Shown here one piece after another: positions 47,901-64,000 of a DNA stretch of 64,000 nucleotides. The stretch comes from Cyanophora paradoxa CCMP329. Its lineage: Eukaryota > Plantae > Glaucophyta. Made by a program: the position numbers and the translations under genes. Position 1 is the first letter of the stretch. Each line of letters opens with the position of its first letter. The DNA lies in assembly GCA_004431415.1 (NCBI GenBank), contig QPMI01000693.1, forward strand, positions 33,645-97,644. The letters run 5' to 3'. The notes under the pieces are model-generated. The model worked only from the letters and a program-made list of their open reading frames with translations, had not been told where the DNA came from and did no database searches.

Positions 47901-49081
47901 CTCTTTTCTTTAATCCCCTGTTCGATGCTCCGGGTGCCAAGGTCGACTGGAGTCGTTGTGCACGGTCTGGCTTGCTGCGAGTCTGCGATATCTGGGATTG
48001 TACCACCCGGGGGTTCCGGGCTCCAGCAGCTGCCTCGTCCGCCCTCCATTCCTTTTTCCCTCGTCTGTGCTCCGCGCTCCCGGCAGCATGGCGCCAGGTC
48101 CTTGAGGCCCCTGCCCCGCCACCTCAGCATCTCTGGTGGTCTGGACCGGACGCCTCGGTTGCTCTCCTTCGGGGCCCGAGCGGTACTTTTGTCGCCTTCC
48201 CCGTTCGCAATAACCAGATAATTCCACGGGTGCTGGATTACGTGGCGCGTGTTCCTTGCCGCCCTGCGGCTTCCCACCCTGTGGGCCTATCCTCTAATTC
48301 AATTCTGTCTCGTTTGCTTCCGCTGCACGTTTGCTTTAGCGCTGTCTTTCTCTCTCTACGTCGCGGAACCCTGCCCGGTCTTTTTATTCTAGGAGCAGGC
48401 CCCTCTGCCTTTCTTTCTCTTGATAATCTTGCGTTCACATTTGCTCGTATGCTCCCTCTCCGCCTCTCATCTGTTCGTCGCTTCTACTGCCTTGAGGTCC
48501 AGCGGCTTCGCGATGTGTCTAGCCACGCTCAGATGCCCGATGCTAAGTGGGGGTTTCCCGGCGCCTTGTCTCCGTCCCGTCTTCCTCATCTTGTCGTCCT
48601 TCAGTGTTTCCCGATGCTTTGGATCGATGCTCTTTACCGTTTGCATTTCAAATTGTATCGTTTGGGCGAGCAACAGTCGCCTCGCCGTCGTTTCTGTCGG
48701 GTTTGTAATGACGGATCTGCTCGCTCTCACGCGCACGTTTTCTCTGAGTGCCCGCTTTCTCGTTCGTTCTGGGATTTCATTCGTGAGCGCCTGAATTTCT
48801 GGGCTTCTACTCTTCCACCGGAGGAGCGTGAAGCGGTCGCAGTGCCTGACCTCTCTCTCTCTTCCACATCCTCTCGGTTCCGGATTTATCTGGGCCCATT
48901 TTGCGCAGTAAAGTTAACCCCGCCTTCTGCCTTCGCTCACTTGGAGCGATCCTTGCTGGCGTATTTTCCATCCAACAGGTTGCTCGCGCTCGGTGCGATC
49001 TTGAGGAGGTTGACATTGATGCACCTTCTTACAACCGCGCCGCGCTTGTTGCCGCCTGGGACAGAAATATGTCGTACCTAG
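44909..49081 (+). CDS. LINE ORF2: APE endonuclease, reverse transcriptase, C-terminal zinc knuckle
   Basis: SLNVAG, LQETH, NVYAP, GGDLN, SRLDY, SDH; KSPGVDGLP, DFSKAYDRV, GVRQGGPLSP, QFADD, KYLG; CRVC...HVFSEC. Confidence 0.96.
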   Translation: MTFRFLSLNVAGKLDRAFNDVLGKSYRSFLFDCLRDSARHSVVCLQETHVSSPSLSKRLARAWGSTPSFWSHNPSGQATQGVATLFPGDSPFSIRLLTPVDSPRLQLFVFETKFGPIYLCNVYAPTDDSERRGFYDTLLYTLESVVPFDGRLILGGDLNFHELPSDAPGPSRGTLPPDAFELIRARYGLFDAGPRARACFKTWSRPRPDGGSIESRLDYFFLSSSLRDWAVSLSPWTAYSAVGEPRNSDHIGIFLTLKAPGISRRGPGRWRMNWAAYGKRPEYADLISAVIRDWRAEWPLVTDRVRRWDALKSELQRRVRAWELDEKRRQKDAYVSSVRALEALIRRHAAGSINDIAFRSLRTSMMRTLNSLVSDYARQHSRNEIRFAAAQDGRSSKAFFEHYLPDSHARFTEGLRAPDSEGPEAASDDPCTLLEISSAYYAHLYDGAAAQAAVDQSLAERTGVAPLYSTHRLLPTESADLDSDLSPGELLRAFKEMSGGAKSPGVDGLPAEFYVRFFDEIGPDFCAYLSAMYESGQASESLRHVLITPITKPSTDPTLIANRRPISLSNVEERAVERALSNRLTPLMPGLVSRFQSGFIHRRSAVHQVMLVYLLMHYEGGNPELEQLCFGFLDFSKAYDRVNWSFLFWSLEQFGFGSQFIKWVRLLYSDLQGSVHINGWTSAPFPIRCGVRQGGPLSPYLYNLCTHLLALLINADVRIRGVRLSPNSLCKVLQFADDTVPLISSFAELAFWKECFDKYCRLSGALINLDKSNLLPLRDIPADAWPSVEDCPWRRLQVTDLPPAEKIRKYLGFPLEPDLSRFWRKKNAALDIRVQQAKTYHMPMRSGVLLAWAVFIGSLHYALYLLDPPDAQYSAWQDKLRSFAGVSGQLSKYISPLPWRQGGLNCPDIRAFSLSLKMKWVALLADPSCSAPWKEYLLSKLDAQLAPFSYGPALISLRLPLDGLDLPSIWKQAFSEWSQRQGVCQPHTSLEVLSQLQPLFFNPLFDAPGAKVDWSRCARSGLLRVCDIWDCTTRGFRAPAAASSALHSFFPRLCSALPAAWRQVLEAPAPPPQHLWWSGPDASVALLRGPSGTFVAFPVRNNQIIPRVLDYVARVPCRPAASHPVGLSSNSILSRLLPLHVCFSAVFLSLRRGTLPGLFILGAGPSAFLSLDNLAFTFARMLPLRLSSVRRFYCLEVQRLRDVSSHAQMPDAKWGFPGALSPSRLPHLVVLQCFPMLWIDALYRLHFKLYRLGEQQSPRRRFCRVCNDGSARSHAHVFSECPLSRSFWDFIRERLNFWASTLPPEEREAVAVPDLSLSSTSSRFRIYLGPFCAVKLTPPSAFAHLERSLLAYFPSNRLLALGAILRRLTLMHLLTTAPRLLPPGTEICRT

Positions 49082-52000
49082 AGTTCACTCTTCCGCAGGC
49101 TTCGGCCTTGTTGGAGGAGCGGCGCGCTCGCTTGGCTGCTGCTGACGCTGATGATCAGGATGCCTCGGATGCTGAGTCTGGTGCCGGTTCTCATCGTTCT
49201 AGTTCAAGCTCTGATTCTGACTCGTCCGACCCTCCTTCTTCGGGCGGTGCTGACAACCTCGTCTCTTCGCGTGACATCGATTCTGTCCTCCGGAATCCTG
49301 CGGAGTTCGCCGTTCGTGGGAATGTCCCGTTGGGGATCCCTGGTGGTCGCCCGCCTCCTGCGCCGTCCCCTCCTGCTCTGGCCCCTGTAGTGACCCTTGG
49401 GCCCGTTCCTATTCCTGCTCTCGCTGCCCCTCTCGACGCTCCTTTTCCCCCATTCCCTGCGGTCCCGGTCCCTGTGCTCCTTGGCCCGCTGGCCCCGCCT
49501 CTACCTCCTCCCTCCTTACAACTTGCTGTCACGGGGCCTCTTCACTTGCCTGTTCCCCGGCAGGTCCCTGGTCATCTTGCAGCTCCGTACCCCTTCTTAC
49601 CTCTTCCCCTTGCTCCTCCACTTCCGCCCCGCGTGGCCCTCTTTCTGACGTCCTCCTGGTTCAGCCCCCTCTTCAGCCCATCCTTCTTGCCCCGCTTCTG
49701 CAACTGTGACGCCGGGCGGCACTATCTTTTGCATGCCCTCCCGCCACTACGTCCCCGGTCTCTTTGCGTCTGCATCCACTTTCCCGGGTCCGCTTGCAGG
49801 CCCCTCGCCTCCAGAGCTCGCCATCACTTGGGCCTCCCTCGCCTCCGCTCTCGATTCTCCATACCCTTCGAATAGCCGCCTTCTCTCTCCTCCTCCGCCC
49901 TCCCTCCCCCCCTCGAGCTCCGGGTCCTCGGCCTCTGCCCCGCTTCCGAGTGTTGGCGAGACTGTCCTCTTTTCGGTCTCCCCGTCATTCCGGCTCCCTG
50001 CTCCCCCTTCGGCGCCTCGGGTCCCATCTGCGGGTCCTATCCCGCTTCCTGGCGCTCGTGAGATTCGCCGCCGGCGCCCTCGTCGGGCCCTTGCGCCCTC
50101 GAGCTCGTCTCTCTCTGCGCCGCCCATGACCCCCGTGTCATCTGATCCGGCGCCACCTGACCTTTCTCCTGCTTCGCTGCCCTCTCTTCGGCGCCGGCAG
50201 CGATCCCCGTCACCTGCTCGCGGCCCTTCCCCTGCCTCCGGATCCGACCCTTCCTCGGCTCCCTCCTCGCCTCTTCCGCCTCGTAGGCCTCCGCCGCGTT
50301 CCCGTCGGCGGATCTCTCGATCGACCCTGGACTCTCCGCCTGCCACTGTCTGTGGGGTACCTCCGCCGCCGTGTTCGGCGCCGGCTGTCAGTACTTTGCT
50401 CGGTAGCTCCCCCGTCGTGGCTCCTCGGGGGCCTCTTCGTCGTCGTCGTTCGCTGGGTTCCGGCTCCGGGTCAGATTTCTCGCCGGGCTTACCTTCTCCT
50501 GGCTCTGCTCCTGGGCCCTCAGCTCCGGGACCGACTTCCCCGATCTCCTCCCGGACTCGTGGTCGTACCCGTCGCCGGCTTGCCGAGCCTACGTCTCCTT
50601 CTACTTCCCTCCGGCGGTTTGCCGGGCCGGACCCTCCGGCCTTTGTTCTTGATACCGGACCGCCGCCTTTGCCTTCGTCTTCTGCTTCGCTGGTCGTATC
50701 CCGCCGGCGCCGGCGTACTTCGTCTTATAGTTTAGTTCGGTCTAGTTCGGATTCTGATTGTAGTGTTGATGCTAGAGTTAGTTTCAATACTAGCTATAGT
50801 CCTCATGCTCGACCTGTTGTTCGCCGTCGTTTGCAGTTCGACTGCCCGTCTCGACCCCGGTCGGCTTTAGTGATTCCTTTGACTGTCCTTTTGCCTGCTC
50901 TTGATCCGCCTGCTCCGCCTCCTGTGTCCTCCTCGACCTTGTGCCGTAGCTCTGCCCTTTCGCGTCGTCCTGCTTCGCCTCCGCCTCCGCGTCGTCTTGT
51001 TGTTCCTCTTACTTGTCTGCTTCCTGTTATTTATCTTTCTCAAATTTGTCCTCCGCTTCTTAGTGATGTAATTCCTTCCGATATTGATGGTATCTCTAGC
51101 TCTGGCTCTTCTTCGTGTCAGTCATCCTCTGTCCCTAGATCTGTTCGATTTCTCGTCTCTTCTCGATCTGTCTCGAGCTCTGTGTCTTTTCTTTTTCATT
51201 GTCGATTTTGGCTCTTTGTCTTATCTTTTTTCGTGCTCTTGTCTTAGTTATTTTGCTTTTTTGTCTTTATGCCCCCTGGGCAGCCCCCGCAGTGCTGGTG
51301 TCTAGAGACTGTGGCCGGTAATTCACCAAAAAAAAAGTCATCTTTTCCTTATCTTTCACCACGATCGGCGTACACTATTTAGGTGCGGGTACAGGCGCAT
51401 GCATTCCGGATCCCGGCCCGATATCGATTCCCGGGTCCGGATCATAGAGTCTCGGATCCGGATCCCGGATCCGGCTCCTCCGGTCCTGGGATCCGGAGCT
51501 ATCATGCACACGTGCTTGCGCACGCTAAGTGCTAGCTTAGGGCCTAATATAAAAGTTATATTAGGCTGCTTGCCAGTGCAAGAGGCTGTAAACGCCAGCT
51601 GTAAACGCCGCGCCCGCCCCCGGCCCAACAGCCTGGGCCCGATCGCGAGGCCCCGGCGCGGCGCGGCCCCGGCGCCGCGCGCGGCGCTCATGATCATGAT
51701 CCAGACGAGCAGGCCTAGTCCGGAGTCTGCGATCGCGAGGCTCCGATCCGGACGAGCAGGCCTAGGTGACCGTCGAACGACAAATTCGAAGGCCGCTACC
51801 AAGTGCACTGCGCATATATATGCATGCGGAATGCATGCATGCGCACCGATCTAGATTATTATCATTACCGTTAACGTTATTGCAAGGGGGGAAAGAAGAC
51901 CGAAGGTCTTCCCCCCTTGCTTCCCGTTCCCTCGCTTCAGCCAAAAGTTTTCTATGAGGCCGTTTGCGAGGTCCAGTATGCAACACCAGACAAAAATGGT

Positions 52001-53410
52001 GCTTTATTCGCGTTCCGATTGGCTGGGTGAACCGGTCAGCCCTCGACTTTGGAGCGTCAAACTCGAGGGGAAAAAGTGGTTTTCGAGGGGAAAACCAGCT
52101 TCTGTCTCACGTGTTCTACTGTATAGATCTGGGCTCTCCGGATCCGGGCTTCTCCCTCGCGCGGCGCGGCGCTGCATCATAGCAACCACTTCTCCTTAGC
52201 TGTCTCCTCTAGTTTTAAAAATTCCCCTTCGAATTCCTCGCACTGCGCCGCGTACGCCGCACGGTCCGCTTGCGCTGTTGCCTAGCTACGTATACGCCGC
52301 TGATCGCAGCCGAGCACTGCGGCACGCCCGCTCAGCACGCGGCCGACATCGAGCTGATACGTATATACCGCAGAACCGCGTGCGCGTGCCCGCAGCCGAG
52401 TACGCCGGCCGGGCCGGGCGCGCGCGCAGTCGTGCTGCGCGTGGATGCGCAGCCAAGATTGCCAAGTTGAGTTTGCACCGCAAAACCGCTTGCGCCGCTG
52501 CCAAGCTGCGCCGCTGATCGCAGCCGAGCTTGGCCGGCCGCCGGGGCGTGCAGACTGTACTCTCTTGCTGCGCTCAGCACGCTGCCGACATCGAGTTCAT
52601 ACCGCAGAACTGCTCCTCGACTGCCCGCAGCCGAGCACGCCGGCACAATCTTTCATATACAGTGCGCTGAATCTGGCCTTTCATTCAGGCTTTTCTTTAT
52701 TCGGTTAGATCGCAGCGTCTGCATATCAGCCCTTTTCTATTCTTTTCAATCATATATAATATGTGTCTATCTTTACTACTTCAACCTGCCGCGCGCGCTG
52801 GGCCGGGGTCAATCTACATCTGCCCCGTACATGTTCGTGCCACTACTACTCTTTCATTAGATCCCGATTCCCCCCTTGCACCCCCGGCGCGCCAAACGCG
52901 GCCGGGCCCCTAGTAAATTATTATACACAATACAACGTGCCGCACGCGCAGTACTAGTGCCAGCCCAGTGCGCCCGTGCGCTCGAGCTCAGGAGGAGCAG
53001 GTGACGACGAGGAACTTCGGAAGCGGATGCTCTATTCTAACGTTAACTGGCTACCTGCCGCGGCCGCTGGTCCGCTATAGATCCCCGACATAATTTCGCT
53101 ACAGATCTAGGTCTTGATCATTATCGTTATTGTTATTATACACAGCGTGATTCCCGCCGGCGCTCAGGATGAGCAGGTGACGACGAGGGAGCAGATCGAG
53201 AGGCGTTATTCTATAGCTAACTGCAGTTGGCCACATGGTCCGCTATATATCCCCAAAATGATCTCACTACGTTTACAGATCTAGAAGCTAGCTCCATGTT
53301 TCGCCAGGCACATGCAGATCGATATCTAGCCTGTAGGTCATTATTATTATTATACACAGTCTCCGGGCGCGGGGCCTCCGGGGCCCGGGCGCCGGCGCCC
53401 GAGCTCGAGC

Positions 53411-60865
<7,455 letters not shown>

Positions 60866-61202
60866 GATCCGACGGGTACAGGCTCCACCCAGGTTCTTCC
60901 CCCCGCTGGTCTCCATCGCGTCTCCAGCTCGCGCCAAGCGAGGCTGGAGGCCCCTCGCACAGCTTCTAGGGTCTTGGCACAGCGGCTCGGCGCAGTCGGC
61001 ATCGCGCTCCGACCGCGACCGATCGACTCCGCGAACGGCGCCCCGGCGACCCTCCAGGATCGTTCGGCCGCTGCTCGGAGGCCTTGCTGAGCGCGTTGTC
61101 GTGAACTAGTCCCGATCGCACGGTTTGACCGTTGAGTCCCGATGACCCGTTCCTCCGCTCAGCCCCTGACCCGCCCGGGGGCACAGGGCCTTCTTCTGAG
61201 AG

Positions 61203-64000
61203 ATGAAGAAGGTGACCTTCACACCGAAGAAGGACGCTCCCGCGGCCGAAGGGGCGGAGGAGCTTGAGGCGATTCCCGAGGAAGGGCAACTGAGGACCCC
61301 AGCGCCGACAGCAGCTTTCACGTTCACAGCCGGCGGCGCTGGCCCTTACCGCACGCCTACCGCGGCCCGAACGGCCCCCAGGCGGGCGCCTACGCCGTCT
61401 ACGGCCCGACGCACCCCGGGCTCGCGGATCGGGACGCCGGCGCCGGCTGCAGCTGCGAAAGGCTACTCGGTGCGCAACCCGTCGACCTTCACAGCGGGGC
61501 TGAACCAGTCGCCCCCCGGCGGGCCCCATGGCCCCCCCCCGGGCTCCCCGGGCCCCGGCGGGCCGCGGGCCGCCCCTCCCCCCCTGTACCCCCCCTGTAC
61601 CCCCCCCTGGCCGAACTCGTTTCACAGCTGGGATCTCGTTGGGCCTTCCGTAGGCATTCGCAGAGCGCCCGCGGCCGCAGGGCCGTCCAGTAAGAAGCGG
61701 AAGCTCAACGACGGCGACGTGGTCAAGTCCGAGCGGCGGTGCGGCCGCCGGGCGCTTCAGTGGCGCTCTTTGACCGTTCCCTCGTCCGCCCAGGCCGCAA
61801 GGAGGCCGCCGCGATGCGGAAAACGGCGGCGAGCAGGGCTCCAGCCGCGGCGCCGTCGCCGCCACGCCCCGCCTCGTGCAGCGCAGGCCGCCGGCGACGG
61901 CTCTGAGGCCGGGTCCCGTCGTGAGGTGCGGGTGGCCCGGCCCTCACTGCCTCTCGTCCCCGAATTTGATCGCGGGCCGGGGGCCCTCGCCGCGCAGGAG
62001 GCTCCTTCTGGAAGGCTTCGGCGCCGGGCCGTCCGGCCCGGGGCCCGCGGCCGCGGCCGCCGGCGCCTCGGATCAAATTCGGCTCGCGATCCGGCCCCGG
62101 CCCGTCCGCGAGGGGGACGGGAGGCCGCCCTACGTTCAGTACGATACGGAGAAGTCGCTCTTCGTCGGGAGCGAGCGCAAGGATTTCGAGGGCGCGCTGG
62201 TCCGCGTCCTCGCGCCGGGCGACCCCGCGGTGAACGCGCCCGCGCGCAGCCGGATTCCCGTCCGCTTCCTGAAGCTTGAGCGGGCGCAGGAAAAGCTCGA
62301 GGATTTCCTGCGCGGGGAGCTCACGGCGATCCTGGACGGCCACAACGCAACCGTCTTCTTCTACGGCCAGAGCGGTGCGGCCCGCCCTCCTCCGCGCCCT
62401 CCCCCGCTTCTTTTCCGTCCTTTTCCCGACGCGCCGCTGGGCAGGCTCGGGCAAGACGCACGCGGCGCGGGAGCTGGTGGCCCTCGCCTGCCGCCTCCTC
62501 GAAGAGCGCATGGCCGCGCGGGTCCGAACATCTTAAAGCCGCCCCCCCCGCTCCGCCCATCTTAAAGCCGTCCCCTCGGCAGGATCCGGAGCTGCGGGTC
62601 GAGCTGCGCGTCTCGGCGGTGGAGGTACACTGCGAGACCGCCTACGACGCCCTTGCGCCGCGCTCGGGCCTCGAGAGCGCCAGCCTCACCAGCGGTCCGC
62701 CCAGCCCCGCCCCGCCCCGGGCCCGCGCGCCCCGCCCCGGCCCGTTGCAGTGATGATCACCTGATCGATTTCTGACGACCGCGTGCGGCAGCCATCAACA
62801 GGTTCGGTACCGAGGCGCTGCGCCTCTACCATATTGTGGTGCTCCCTGGGCCTCCTCCTACACCTTCTTTTGCCTGACTTCTGAGACAGCCCAGCGAGCC
62901 GGCGGCGATCGTGGAGGCGTACGACGCGGCGGAGGGGCGGCGCCGGGCGGCGGGGACGGCGCTGAACGCGCGGAGCTCGCGCTCCCACCTGCTCTTCCGC
63001 GTGGAGGCCGACTTCGGGGCCGATCGCGAGGCGGGCGGGGCGGGCGCGGGCGGCGGCGCCCGTGCCCCGTCCTCACGTTCTGCGACCTCGCCGGCTCCGA
63101 GGCCGCCGCCGCCTGCGGTGCGCGCCGCCCGGCCCGCGGCCCAGCCGTTTACTTTAAACCAGTAAGTCATCTGCGTTGCGCGCGCGCAGAGGGCGCGGGG
63201 AAGGAGCAGCGGCAGCGGCTGGCGGGCGAGGGGAACGAGATCCGGCGGGACCTGCTCAACCTGGAGCGGGTCTTCCGCGAGGAGGGCGCCCGCAGGCAGG
63301 ACGGGGTCTTCCGCGGCCGCACACTCACCCACCTCCTCATGGTGCCCGCCCCCGATAGCCCCGCCTCGCCTCGCTTTGCCTCGCCGCTGACGCGGCCGTC
63401 CGTGGCAGGGCCCGCTGCAGAACGGGCGCATCGCCTTCGTCGCCTGCCTCCGGCCCGAGGAGGTCCGCCGAGGGGGCGCGGGCCTTCGGTCTCGAGCCCC
63501 GCTGACTCTGCCGGGGCTCGCAGGAGTTCGCCAGGAGCACCCTGGACGTCCTGAAGGTCCGCCCGCGGCTCGTTCCTGTAGATTGCTCCACCTTCCCGAA
63601 GACCGACGCTCTGCCCTCGCAGTTCGCGAGCAACGTGTCGGGGCAGCGCTTCTCGTCGAGCCCGGCGGCGCTGGCGGGGCCGGCGGCGGCGGCCGCGGAC
63701 GCCGGCGGGGAGGCGGTGGCGGAGATGGCCGCCGGCTGCGCGAGGCGGAGGGACAGTGCCAGCGCGAGCGCGAGCGGCGCGGCGAGCTCGAGCGGCGCCT
63801 GCGGTCCTGGAGGCCGCCGCAGCCGCCTCCGCCACCGGCCGCGTCCGCTCGGTTTCCAGGGTGGACTTCGACGAGGCCGAGCGGCTCGCCCGGCTGGAGG
63901 CGCTCGAGGAGGCCGAGGCGCGGGCCGACGCGCTGCAGGCGCAGGCGTCCGCGCTCCAGGCGCAGCTGGCGGCGGCGCAGGAGGCGGCGGAGCGGGCGCG
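61203..64000 (+). CDS. Kinesin motor-domain protein (multi-exon, runs off window)
   Basis: LDGHNATVFFYGQSG|SGKT, NARSSRSH, FCDLAGSE, FRGRTLTHLL, then coiled coil. Confidence 0.88.

Larger units (their letters stand above)
43583..51336 (+). mobile_element. Full-length L1/Tx1-like non-LTR retrotransposon
   Basis: 14-bp TSD GTCATCTTTTCCTT (43569-43582, 51337-51350), 3' A9 tail, ORF1 plus APE-RT ORF2. Confidence 0.95.

Overview
The window is GC-rich, intron-dense eukaryotic (protist/alga-like) DNA. It is dominated by an AT-rich, capsid-less, virus-like insertion at 12985-35118 (~22.1 kb), which is almost one giant palindrome: two near-identical ~10.36 kb inverted arms surround a 1.4 kb loop holding a single zinc-ribbon-repeat/EDxHD-type endonuclease gene. 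A 6-bp target-site duplication (CCGGTG) flanks the element, which splits an intronless ORF that is restored in frame when the element is removed. Each arm encodes an AEP-PriCT2-D5/SF3 primase-helicase (~960 aa after correcting homopolymer indels), a stand-alone paralog of its C-terminal winged-helix, two RING proteins, a DUF5710-like protein and several small ORFs. Each arm also has four GGTTAC/GTAACC iteron modules, an 11-unit tandem array, a 25-bp terminal fold-back, and AAAA(T/A/C)TGA motifs upstream of most genes that resemble the Mimiviridae early promoter. I recognised no capsid, PolB, packaging ATPase or integrase gene. Positions 1-7700 duplicate 11712-19399 and are truncated inside the primase gene. 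The target locus is itself virus-like (YqaJ exonuclease, interrupted ORF, GNAT) and ends at a (TA)n tract. The right half holds a full-length L1/Tx1-like LINE with a 14-bp TSD, a Cys-type SelO gene and a kinesin gene. Host duplications repeatedly show a 3-bp inverted-triplication mutational signature.
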